Source of the DNA: an uncultured Haloferula sp.
GTDB lineage: Bacteria > Verrucomicrobiota > Verrucomicrobiia > Verrucomicrobiales > Akkermansiaceae
DNA length: 64,000 nucleotides
Direction of reading: 5' to 3'
Assembly: GCA_965652295.1 (NCBI GenBank)
Contig: CBFGTS010000008.1
Span: 96,001-160,000 of the forward strand
A program made the translations under genes and the position numbers. Below, in pieces: positions 49,530-58,914 of this stretch. The notes beneath the pieces were generated by a model that was not told where the DNA came from, ran no database searches, and worked only from the letters and a program-made list of their open reading frames with translations. Numbering within the stretch: the first letter of the stretch is position 1; each line of letters starts with the position of its first letter.

Positions 49530-50600
49530 TCAGGTTTGCCCTGAGCTGGAGCCGACATAGGTCGAAAGCAACCGGATCGCCGCGCGGATCGAGGCGAAGG
49601 AGGCGGTCTCGTGGGTGGTGTGATAGCCGGTGGTGGGGATCTGGAGGGTGGTGCCGGTGATGTCGCCGCCGGTGGCGGCGGCGAGCCTGCCCAGCTCGGT
49701 GCGGCCGAGTGACAGCGGTTTCGGGCGCGACGGGTTTTCCTTTTCGATCCACTCGTCCTTGTAGGAGTAGCGGATGTCGAGGCGCTGGCAGATTCGGGCG
49801 ATTTCCGCGGTGAAGCCGGGATCGAAGGTGGCGGTGGCGTCCTTTCGGCGGAGGACGAGTTCCTGCTCGTCGGCCGTTTCGGTGGTGGGGTATGGGCTGG
49901 TATCGAGCACCAGCAGCCGCCGGGTGGAAATGGACTCCCGCTGGAACCAAGCGAGGGCGTAGCGCCAGCTGCGGCCGGCCTCCTCCTGGGAGGTGAAGAG
50001 GGCGGTGCCTTGGAAACCGCGACGGAACAGATGGATGATGAGGGCCACGCTGATGACGTTGTCGAGCTGACCCCAGACGTGCTTTTCCCCGACCTGAAGC
50101 CGGTCGAGGAAGGAAACGGGCGAGCCGGGCTGGAGGAACTCCAGGCCATCGATCTCAAAGATCAGGTTGTTGCGCTTGGGGCAATGGTAGCTGTTGGAGA
50201 TGACGCCCTGGCCGAGATAGAGGCCGGTGTAGGGCATGTGCGCCTGCACGCGCTCGCCGGCGAAGCGGTCGGCGATGGACGCGATCATCTGCTCGGAGAC
50301 CGAGTCACCGGAAAGCTCGCCGCGGTTGCCGGCGATGAAGGCGGCGTATTGGAATTCGTTCGGTCCGGTGCAGAGCAGGCCGTGGCGATCGACGTGGGCG
50401 GAGAGGACCAGGCTCTCGGGTTCCGTGCCTTGGGCGATCAGCAGCCCGAGGTGGCGCTCGATCCGGATGTCGAGTTCCTCCAGCTCGCGGCGGATCACGC
50501 GATAGAACGAATCTTCCGCGCCGACGACCGAAGGCTCGCGAATCAGGTGGCGCAGGATTTCGAGAAATCCGGCAAGGTCGGCGGGGTCGCGGGCGGTCAT
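49530..50600 (-). CDS. M42-family metallopeptidase
   Basis: SAHVD, QLDN, QEEAG, VLDTS, GYHT metal-ligand motifs. Confidence 0.82.
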   Translation of the reverse strand: MTARDPADLAGFLEILRHLIREPSVVGAEDSFYRVIRRELEELDIRIERHLGLLIAQGTEPESLVLSAHVDRHGLLCTGPNEFQYAAFIAGNRGELSGDSVSEQMIASIADRFAGERVQAHMPYTGLYLGQGVISNSYHCPKRNNLIFEIDGLEFLQPGSPVSFLDRLQVGEKHVWGQLDNVISVALIIHLFRRGFQGTALFTSQEEAGRSWRYALAWFQRESISTRRLLVLDTSPYPTTETADEQELVLRRKDATATFDPGFTAEIARICQRLDIRYSYKDEWIEKENPSRPKPLSLGRTELGRLAAATGGDITGTTLQIPTTGYHTTHETASFASIRAAIRLLSTYVGSSSGQT

Positions 50601-50640
50601 GGAACTGGGTCGGAAATGAGCAAGATGAGAGCCGGGCTCG

Positions 50641-53600
50641 TCAAGGATCACTCCGCGACCAGATCCTCAATTTCAGATCGGAACAGGTCCCGGCCAAGCG
50701 TCCATCGGGCAGCAACACGAGGGTGTGGACGCCGAATCCGGCGGGCGGATGGACCCATAGTGGATTGCCTGTTTCCAGCTCGAATTCACCCACGCACGCA
50801 TCGGGGTCGCTGTTCGCCACGAAGACCGATTTCTCGTCGGCGGAAAAGATCGAGCAAGAGGAGGATCCCGCGGCGCGGGCGATGACCTGCCCGTGGGAAA
50901 GCAAGCCGTTTTCCAACTGCCAAATGTAGGTCCAGCCATTGCGCAGTGCTGCCAGCAGGTGGCCGCCGTCGCGGCTGATGCGCAGGCTGTTGACCCGCTC
51001 GGGCAGGGACAGCTCGCAGGTCACGTTGTTGTTTTCCCAATCGCGCACCTGGATGTGATCGGGCTCGCCACTACGGTCGAGGGAGATGATCAGATGGCGG
51101 CCGTCCGGCGTGAAGGCGAAGGTGTGACCGATGTGGGGAAGGTCGAACGCCCGGTCCGTCAGCTTCTTGAAGTCCGGAAGGCTCCAGAACTGCACATGGC
51201 CGTCGAGGTTGCTGGTCATCAGCGTCCCGTCCGGCGTGAAGCCGAGGTGAACGACCGGGATGCTACGAAGCGTGAAGTAGGTCTCGGTGGTGCCGTCCGG
51301 AAGGGTGCGGGACTCCGGCTTGAGGGGTGAGGTGGAAAGCGTGCTGACTTCTCCTGATGCCGGGTCGTCGATGATGAGATTGCCCTGATTGTTCGTGGAG
51401 ATGAGCATGCCGCCGTCCGGGGTGAGGGCCAGCGAGGTCAGGGGTGCCTCCTGGGTCCAGTAGTCGCCGGTGGAAAGGCTCTTCCCCAAGAGGGGGCCGG
51501 GTTCCAGTGTTTCGAGATCCCACTGGCGCACGCCGTCCTCGGCGCGGGTGTAGAGTTTGTTGCCGGGAGCATCGAGAACCATGGCCCACAGTCGCCAGGC
51601 CGGGTCCGAATGACCGGCGAGGGTGGCGTCGAGGGTCCAGCGGGTCCGGGTGAAATTGCCGAGCAGATTCTCCGCCCGCAGCCGGGCCTCGGCGGAGGGA
51701 GAGGAGCGGGCCAGCTCCTTGATGGCAGGCAGTGCCTCGGGCATGGCTGCCAGTTTTTCCTCGGCCTCGTCGCGCAGGCGCACCCGCGGCGCGGCCAGCT
51801 GCTCCAGCAGCGCTGCGATTTCAGCCTGGTCCTGTGCGCGAGATGGCGGGGCGGTGAAAAGGCAGGCCAGCAGGGCGGTCACGGAGATCATCGAGCGGCG
51901 GCGGAGCGCCCATTCCAGAAAGAGCAATCCGAGCAGCAGGGCGAGCAACGGCCAGCGGGGCCACAACGGCTGGTTCCACGAAACCGCAGCCTGCCTGCGG
52001 CGCTCGTCGGCGACCTCGGCGAGCCAGCCGACGGCATCGGTCGGTGACTCCAGCACGCGGCCGGCCCCTGCGGCGGCGAGTTCCTCCATGAAGGCGGCAT
52101 CGGGTTTGGTCTCGGTGAATTCGAGCTGCGAGTGCCGCAGACCCACCGCCACGGTGTCGGTGTGGGCGGCCTGTTCGGTGGTGGCGTCGAAGTAGATCGT
52201 CAACTGATCGCCGCGGGCGTCGGCGGGCACGGGCAGGCTGCCGATGAATTCCCGCTCGTCGCGGTCGTATTCCAAGCGGACCCGCGGGCTGCCGGGGAGA
52301 TCGAGACGTGCTCCCACATCGAGCGCGAGCAGTTCGTCGAGTTTGGTCACCGAGAGGACCTCCGCCGCCACGGGGAGCAGCTCGCCGGGCTTGGCGGCGG
52401 ATGCTTTGGCGCGGCCAGCGAGCTGGTCCTGGTGCCAGCGCACGCTGTTCTCGCCGAGCCACTTCACGAGGTTGACCCAGTAGTTCCCATACCACGGAGC
52501 CGGATGCGGTGGCTCGGGAGCCTCGGGCGAGCGCGCGGCATCGGCATTGAACTGGAACTCATACCCATGGCCGAGCTCGGTGTGGCGACCCTGTGGCGGC
52601 CCGCCGCGTGGCCCCCAGGTAATGTAATCCCGAGCCCAGCCGCCATTCGGATCGGGCAGCCAAGCGATCGAGCGGCCGCGACCATAGGTCTGCGCGGCCA
52701 TCACCGGCTCATCGCCCTCGGCATCGGCCCGCACCGCCAGCACGATCGCGCCCGGCTTGGCACGTTTGACCCGGTTCATGCCGGTGAAGACCGGATGGGC
52801 GTCGAGCGCACGCTCGTTTTCCTCCGGATTCTCACAGAATCGCCACAAGGGGTGATGCCGCACCGCGTCCGGGATGCGGATCGGGAAGGTCTTTTCCATC
52901 GCCCCCGCCCCGTAGGCGAGCATGTCCACCGGGGTGATCCGCTCCCATGGAGTCTGGTCGTAGTGGCCGACGTCGAAGGTGGTGTAGCCGCCGCCCATCA
53001 GAAAGCCGCCGCCACGCTCGTTGACCCAATCGACCACCCACTGCATCTGCTCGTCGGAGAAATTCCCCACCGGCACATCGCTGATCAGCATGACATCGTA
53101 TCGGTATAATTCCTCGCGGGTGGCGGGGAACGATTTCGAGGGGTCCGGCAGCATTTCGCCGTTGTGGAAAGTCACGCCTACCAGGTTCGGCGAGTCGTTG
53201 TATTCGCTCATCGGCGTCAGGCACTCGTATTCGATGTCACCGCTGGCGTCCCACGCGCGGGTCATCAGTTCCATGTCATTCCACCAGTGTCCCTCGAGGC
53301 CGACCGTGCGCTTCACGTGGGTGCCCTCGACGAAGAGCACGCGCAGTTTGTTCGAGGAGACCTCGACGGTGAAGCCGAAGCGGTTGTCATCGGTGGCGAC
53401 CTCATCGGCCGCTGGCACCAACTCCAGCGTGTAGCGGGTGGTGCGCAGGCCGATGCCGAAGGTCAGCGTCTTTTCCACCGAGCCTCCATCCGCCGACGGG
53501 TGGAAATCGCTGCGGGCCACCTCGGGGCCGTCTTCTTCCCGCAGCACCAGTGCCAGCGGTTCATGGGAGGAAAGGCCGGTGGCGGCGAGTTCGATGTGGA

Positions 53601-54264
53601 GGGCCACCTGTGCCTTCGGCCGGACGCTGCGTGGCGCCTGCACGGCGGCAATCCATGAATTGCGCGGCGGCGTGTCCGTGCCGACGAGCTTGGTGGAAAT
53701 CCTCGACCCGAGGTCGCGGGCCGCGGTCAGGGCAAGGGCGAGCTGATCGCGGTCGTGCGCCCGGCCGTCGGAAACGATCACGATGTCCCGTGGTGCCTCC
53801 TTGCCCCGCCAAAGTAGCTCGCCGAGTGCGTCAGCAAGGCGGGTTTCATCGCCCTGAGGGTGAAGGTCGGTGAAATCCGTGACGTTCTGGATTTCATCTG
53901 AAAACACCGCGAGCGACGGCGCGGGAAGCCCGGCGGCAGCGAGGGTCTGAACGGTCCAGTCCGTGGCATCGGTCCAGCGGGTCGAATCTTCATCAGTGGC
54001 CAGCCTCATGCTTGCGGAACGGTCCACGAGGATGAGCGAGTGGCTTTCCGGGGTGGTGCGGGTGACGCGGCGGACCGGGTTCAGCAGGATCAGGGCGAGC
54101 AGTGCGATCGTGCCCAGCCGCAGCACCACCACAGGCACCTGGAGCCAGCCCGGCTGCATCCGGCGGCCGCGGAAGGCCCGCAAGATCAGGAAAATCACCG
54201 AGAGACCCGCGAGGGCGGCGATGATCGGGAGGGGGAAGGCGGGGTCGAAATCCGGAAGGGTCAT
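50641..54264 (-). CDS. Membrane protein: VWA + Ig-like + GATase-like domain + WD40-like propeller
   Basis: VDRSASM MIDAS, VSDG, DDNR, LRVLFVEG, GGGFLMGGG, YGRGRS, LEWALRRR, then WD-like repeats (VRQWD, VQFWS, LRIWS). Confidence 0.85.
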   Translation of the reverse strand: MTLPDFDPAFPLPIIAALAGLSVIFLILRAFRGRRMQPGWLQVPVVVLRLGTIALLALILLNPVRRVTRTTPESHSLILVDRSASMRLATDEDSTRWTDATDWTVQTLAAAGLPAPSLAVFSDEIQNVTDFTDLHPQGDETRLADALGELLWRGKEAPRDIVIVSDGRAHDRDQLALALTAARDLGSRISTKLVGTDTPPRNSWIAAVQAPRSVRPKAQVALHIELAATGLSSHEPLALVLREEDGPEVARSDFHPSADGGSVEKTLTFGIGLRTTRYTLELVPAADEVATDDNRFGFTVEVSSNKLRVLFVEGTHVKRTVGLEGHWWNDMELMTRAWDASGDIEYECLTPMSEYNDSPNLVGVTFHNGEMLPDPSKSFPATREELYRYDVMLISDVPVGNFSDEQMQWVVDWVNERGGGFLMGGGYTTFDVGHYDQTPWERITPVDMLAYGAGAMEKTFPIRIPDAVRHHPLWRFCENPEENERALDAHPVFTGMNRVKRAKPGAIVLAVRADAEGDEPVMAAQTYGRGRSIAWLPDPNGGWARDYITWGPRGGPPQGRHTELGHGYEFQFNADAARSPEAPEPPHPAPWYGNYWVNLVKWLGENSVRWHQDQLAGRAKASAAKPGELLPVAAEVLSVTKLDELLALDVGARLDLPGSPRVRLEYDRDEREFIGSLPVPADARGDQLTIYFDATTEQAAHTDTVAVGLRHSQLEFTETKPDAAFMEELAAAGAGRVLESPTDAVGWLAEVADERRRQAAVSWNQPLWPRWPLLALLLGLLFLEWALRRRSMISVTALLACLFTAPPSRAQDQAEIAALLEQLAAPRVRLRDEAEEKLAAMPEALPAIKELARSSPSAEARLRAENLLGNFTRTRWTLDATLAGHSDPAWRLWAMVLDAPGNKLYTRAEDGVRQWDLETLEPGPLLGKSLSTGDYWTQEAPLTSLALTPDGGMLISTNNQGNLIIDDPASGEVSTLSTSPLKPESRTLPDGTTETYFTLRSIPVVHLGFTPDGTLMTSNLDGHVQFWSLPDFKKLTDRAFDLPHIGHTFAFTPDGRHLIISLDRSGEPDHIQVRDWENNNVTCELSLPERVNSLRISRDGGHLLAALRNGWTYIWQLENGLLSHGQVIARAAGSSSCSIFSADEKSVFVANSDPDACVGEFELETGNPLWVHPPAGFGVHTLVLLPDGRLAGTCSDLKLRIWSRSDP

Positions 54265-55679
54265 TCGGCGCGGAGAGCGAGGGTGTGTTCGATGCGGTTC
54301 AGCCGGGTCTTCACCTTGTTGATGCCGGTCCGCAGCGCGTCCTGGAGCGTGGCGAGATCGGTTACTTCCCGGCCGTTCACGCTGAGAATCTCCATGCCCG
54401 GCTCCAGTCCGGCGCGGCGAGCTTCGGCCGAGTCGATGGCGGCCACCGAGATCGCGCCGTCGGCTTGGCGGAAGGTCACTCCGGGCAACTTCTCCACGCG
54501 AATGTCATTGAGTTGCTCGTCGGCTTCCGGTTCCTCCGCGGCGGTCAGGGTCACGTCGTGCTCGGCCTCGTCGCGCCAGTAGACCAGCTCGATCGATTCC
54601 CCCGGTTCCAGCCGGGCCAGCTCGAAGCGCAGATCGCCGCGGGTGATGACCGGTTTGGCGGCAGCGCGCACGATCACATCGTCCGCTTGCAGTCCCGCGC
54701 GCCCAGCCGGGCTGTTTTCCATCACGGCTTTCACGGCGGCACCCGCGACCTTGGGCAAACGAGCTGCCTCCGCCACGTCGTCATCGACATCGCCGCTGCT
54801 GATGCCGAAGAACCCGCGCTTCACTCGTCCGTGTTCGGCGAGCTTTGCGGTGATCTCGCGGACGAGGTTCGAGGGAATCGCGAAGCCGATGCCGACGTTG
54901 CCGCCGATGCCGCCCCAGATCGCGGTGTTGATGCCGATCAGCCGGCCCGAGGCATCGATCAGTGCACCGCCCGAGTTGCCCGGATTGATGGCGGCATCGG
55001 TCTGGATGTAGCTTTCGTAGGCGCTCGATCCGCCAATACCGAGGTTCGACCGCCGGGTGGCGGAGACCATGCCCATGGTGCAGGTCATGCCGACCTGAAA
55101 GGGGTTTCCAACGGCGAAGACGAGGTCGCCGGGCCGGACCTGCTCGCTGTTCGCGAAGATCAGCGGGGTGAGGTTCGTGGCATCGATCTTGAGCAGTGCG
55201 AGATCGGTGGCGGGATCGGAACCGGCGATGGTGGCGTGGAAGCGGCGATGGTCGTGCAGTTCGACGAAAAAGGTGTCGGCGATGCGGCCGTTGGGCATGT
55301 GGACGACGTGGCTGTTGGTGACGATCCAGCCGTCGGCGGAGACGATCACGCCGGAGCCCATGCCGGTGACGCGTTCCTGCGGGCCATCGGACTCGTCGCC
55401 GTCCTCCTCCTCGCTTCGATCCTGACCGAAGAAGCGCTCCAGCGGTCCGGCTTCCGCGTCCTTGCCGAGGATCATCGCGGGGAAAACCGAAACCACCGAG
55501 GGAGTCACCGTTTCCAGCAGGGGGGCGAACGAACCCGCCCGGGGAACGGAGACCGGAGCGGCGGGGGAATCGTCGAGCTGACAGAGTGCCGCCGCCTGGT
55601 GGGCGAGCAGGCGCGGGCCGTCTTCGGCCGCGGCGGCGAGGACGAGGGCGGGAAGGATCAGGAGGGTCGGATGGAGCAC
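54261..55679 (-). CDS. HtrA/DegP-like serine protease with PDZ domains
   Basis: TNSHVV, TDLALL, INPGNSGGAL catalytic triad; two PDZ-like segments; GTG start at 55679. Confidence 0.92.
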   Translation of the reverse strand: MLHPTLLILPALVLAAAAEDGPRLLAHQAAALCQLDDSPAAPVSVPRAGSFAPLLETVTPSVVSVFPAMILGKDAEAGPLERFFGQDRSEEEDGDESDGPQERVTGMGSGVIVSADGWIVTNSHVVHMPNGRIADTFFVELHDHRRFHATIAGSDPATDLALLKIDATNLTPLIFANSEQVRPGDLVFAVGNPFQVGMTCTMGMVSATRRSNLGIGGSSAYESYIQTDAAINPGNSGGALIDASGRLIGINTAIWGGIGGNVGIGFAIPSNLVREITAKLAEHGRVKRGFFGISSGDVDDDVAEAARLPKVAGAAVKAVMENSPAGRAGLQADDVIVRAAAKPVITRGDLRFELARLEPGESIELVYWRDEAEHDVTLTAAEEPEADEQLNDIRVEKLPGVTFRQADGAISVAAIDSAEARRAGLEPGMEILSVNGREVTDLATLQDALRTGINKVKTRLNRIEHTLALRAE

Positions 55680-55683
55680 GGAT

Positions 55684-58600
55684 TCAGCGTTGGTTTTCCC
55701 AGACCTCACCGCCGAAGTCATCGGAGAGGTCGCGGAAGTAATCTTCGATTTCACGGCGGCTCTCCTCGGGCAGCTTGCCGCGGGCGGAGGCGATGTTCGG
55801 GTCGGTCGGAAGGCGTTCGATCAATGCCCGCAGGCGGCGGTCGGCGGCATCCACGAGGGGTATCGTACTTCGGTCGAAGGGGGCGGCACGCAGCGGGATG
55901 GCCAAGCGGCCGACGCCGTCCTCGCCACGGTCCTCGAGCAACTCCAGCGTGTCGGCGAAACGGTGGAGGGTGGGACCGCCGGTGATGCCGGGCGCATCGC
56001 CGCCGCCTTGAGCTCCGGGCGATTCCGAGGACCCGCTGCTTTCGGCCTGGTTTTCCTGGGATGCCATTTCGCCCTCACCCTGCCCACCGGGTGTTTCGCC
56101 CTCGCCTCCCTTGCCGGGCTTGTTGCCTTCGCCGCTGTCTTGGCTGGCCAGGGCTTCCTTCAAAGCGGCGGCCTGTTCACGGGCTTCGGTGAGTTCGGTC
56201 AGGCGACTGGCGTCGAGCTGGTCGGCCGCCTCGCGGAAACGTCCGGCCAAGGCCCCGAGCCGGGCGGCGGCACCCTCGCGGGCCGCCTCGCCGGCTTCCC
56301 CCTGTTGCTGCTGTCCGGCCAGTGCCTCCAGCTCCTGGGCCAGCTCGGCGAGGCCCGCGCGCTCGGTGAGTGCTTCCAGAGTGGACTCGGTCGCGGAGGG
56401 CGGTCCGTCTGGATCGGCGCGGCCGGACTCCGCCTTCTTCGCGAGTTCCTCGAGAATCTCGGCGGCCAGTTCGGTTTCCCGGGCTGCTTCCGCGGCGGCC
56501 TGGCCGGCCGCTTCGGAGGCTCCGCCGGAGCTTCCGGGCGCGGGTTGCTGCGACTCGCTTGGTTGCTGCTCGCGGGCACCTTGTTCGGCACGGTCGGCCA
56601 GCTCGCGGAGCGTTTCCGAGAGCCGTTGGAGGTCGAGTGATTCGAGGAAAAGGGCGAGGTCGAGGAGGTTCCGTTCCGCCGCAGCGAGATCGGGTGCGGC
56701 GGCGGTCGGCGGCTCGGAGCGCAGGCCCTTGTCGGCACGGGCTGCGGCTTTCTCCGCCTCGTCGATCAGCCGTAGCGCGCCCTCGCTGCGCTCGGGATGA
56801 TCGACCAGAATCGCGTAGAGTTCGCCGCTGTCCGCCAGTGCGACCTCCTGTTGCCGGCGGGTCGCCTGGATGTTGTTGCCTGCCATGTTCTCCGGCGTGA
56901 TCTGGCTGGCGACGTTCTGTTCCTCGGCGGCGATCCGGCGGGCTTCCTTGGCCAGGTCCATCATCGAGGGCGGAGGCGGATCCTTCGGGGGGTGCGGGCT
57001 TTTTCCGCGGCCGACGATAGTGATGAGTTCCTTGCGCAGGCGGAGCAGGGTGGAGAGCGCGCGGTCGGCCGAGTCGAACCCCTTGGCCAGGTCGGGCCGG
57101 GCGAGGATTTCCGCGGCCTCTCCCATCTGGGTGCCGGCGGTTTCGAGAAGCATGACGTCGTCCAGCGGAATCCCGCCCTCGGCATTCCACTCGGCGGCCG
57201 TGTTGAGGGTTTCGTTGTAGAGTGCCGCCTCGCGCATCGACTGCTCGCCCACCTTCTCCAGTGCTTCGGGGGTGAGACGGTTGCGGTGGGACTCCTTGGT
57301 TCGGAAAACATCGGAGACGATGCCGCGCTGGCTGCCGATGATCTCGTCGAGCTTCATGATGGCATCGCTGACGGCCTCGGGGTCGGCTTCGTCTTCTTCC
57401 TCGTCGCCCCCACCGCCGACGGCGAAATACCAGCGCATCTGGAACTGGCGGATATCGACCGCCCGCAGCGGGCTCACCGACCGCGGGCCGCCGCGGGGCT
57501 TGTGGTCGAGCGCATAGGCATGGAAGCGGACGTTGTCGGTGATCGCGAGCGGGACCTGATCGAGCATCAGGCGGGCGATTTCGTTGATCTCGCGCTGGTT
57601 CTTTGGATCGACCACTCGCTCGAGCAGCCAGCGGCGTTCGCCGCCGGCATCGAGGATGAGACCGATCTCCGAAACCCCGAAGTCGTCCGTGGCACGGATG
57701 CGGACCGGCATTTCCGCGGTGGCGATGAGTTCGAGGTCCTTGCCGGGCTCGATGATCTCGACCACCGGCAGCTTGTCCACGACGCCCTCGACCTCGAACC
57801 GCCAGGCGTCGAGCCGCTCGCCATCAGCGTGATGAATCACCAGCTCCGCCCGGGTTGTTCCGGGCACGATCGCGGTGGAGGTGGAGAACACCGCGCCCTC
57901 CTGCGGGGACAGCTCGACCGGCGGGGCACCGCCGAGGCTCCAGGTGACGCGGGCGGGGAGCGCATCGAAGGCGAAATTCCAGGTCGCCGTGCTGCCCTCG
58001 ACCGCGCGGACATCGCCGCCGGCCACGGTTTCGGAGGGCAGCCCGGTGTAGTCGGGGAAACGAAGCTCGGCCTCGGCCTTGACCAGCTTCGGGATGGGTC
58101 GGTAGGCGATCGTTTTCTCCTCCACCCGCGCATCGCCGGCGAGGATCCGAAGGCGGATGTCGGCGGTCTTTCCGGTGAAAACGGCGTCCCAGGTGCGGCC
58201 ATCCTCGCGGCGGGTCAGATCGAGCGGTTGCCAATCGCCATCGCCCACCGCGACCTGAAGCTCCGGCTGGGCGGCACGGCCGTGGACGGTGATCTCGACC
58301 CGCGGCGGGTGGGTCTCGTCGAAATGGCGCGGCAGCGAGTTCCACGCGATGGTCGTATAGGTGAGGTCGCGGTGAGGCTGGGCGAGCCGGTGCAGGGCAT
58401 GGCGGAAATCGGCCTGGAACACCGCGGTCGCTGCTACGGCAAGGATCGTAGCAAGGGCGAACGCCTGCCGCGTGCGAAGCCGCCGTGTGGGCAGCAACGG
58501 TGCCATCGGCGTCAGGTGCAGCGTCTTGCCGGTCTCACGCATCAGGCGCTCCGCGAAGGCGGCTGACTCGGCGGATGGCGCTGGCGGCCGGGTTGATACA

Positions 58601-58914
58601 TCGAGCGCGGTGCGGATTTTCTGGCCCAGATCGGGATGGGCGGCCTCGACCACGAGGGCGGCCTCGTGGAGGTCGTGACGGCGGGTGCGGCGCAGCCAAC
58701 GGAGGTAGAGGAAGGTGAATCCGGCGAGGGTGATCCCGACCAGCAGGAGACGCACCGGGGGCTGCCATTCCAGCCAGGTGTCGAGGCCGGCGACGGCCGC
58801 GACGGCCCCAGTGAGGATGGCCAGCGCCGTGGCCAGGGCGATCCGCCGCGCGTGACGGCGGCGGGCCTGGGCCAGGGTGGCGAGGGGTGCGAGGACGGGT
58901 GGTGGCGGCTTCAT
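55684..58914 (-). CDS. DUF4175-like large membrane/coiled-coil protein
   Basis: N-terminal TMs, PDYTG, DKLPVV..PGKD, ATDDFGV, long helical and low-complexity tail ending IEDYFRDL. Confidence 0.8.
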   Translation of the reverse strand: MKPPPPVLAPLATLAQARRRHARRIALATALAILTGAVAAVAGLDTWLEWQPPVRLLLVGITLAGFTFLYLRWLRRTRRHDLHEAALVVEAAHPDLGQKIRTALDVSTRPPAPSAESAAFAERLMRETGKTLHLTPMAPLLPTRRLRTRQAFALATILAVAATAVFQADFRHALHRLAQPHRDLTYTTIAWNSLPRHFDETHPPRVEITVHGRAAQPELQVAVGDGDWQPLDLTRREDGRTWDAVFTGKTADIRLRILAGDARVEEKTIAYRPIPKLVKAEAELRFPDYTGLPSETVAGGDVRAVEGSTATWNFAFDALPARVTWSLGGAPPVELSPQEGAVFSTSTAIVPGTTRAELVIHHADGERLDAWRFEVEGVVDKLPVVEIIEPGKDLELIATAEMPVRIRATDDFGVSEIGLILDAGGERRWLLERVVDPKNQREINEIARLMLDQVPLAITDNVRFHAYALDHKPRGGPRSVSPLRAVDIRQFQMRWYFAVGGGGDEEEDEADPEAVSDAIMKLDEIIGSQRGIVSDVFRTKESHRNRLTPEALEKVGEQSMREAALYNETLNTAAEWNAEGGIPLDDVMLLETAGTQMGEAAEILARPDLAKGFDSADRALSTLLRLRKELITIVGRGKSPHPPKDPPPPSMMDLAKEARRIAAEEQNVASQITPENMAGNNIQATRRQQEVALADSGELYAILVDHPERSEGALRLIDEAEKAAARADKGLRSEPPTAAAPDLAAAERNLLDLALFLESLDLQRLSETLRELADRAEQGAREQQPSESQQPAPGSSGGASEAAGQAAAEAARETELAAEILEELAKKAESGRADPDGPPSATESTLEALTERAGLAELAQELEALAGQQQQGEAGEAAREGAAARLGALAGRFREAADQLDASRLTELTEAREQAAALKEALASQDSGEGNKPGKGGEGETPGGQGEGEMASQENQAESSGSSESPGAQGGGDAPGITGGPTLHRFADTLELLEDRGEDGVGRLAIPLRAAPFDRSTIPLVDAADRRLRALIERLPTDPNIASARGKLPEESRREIEDYFRDLSDDFGGEVWENQR

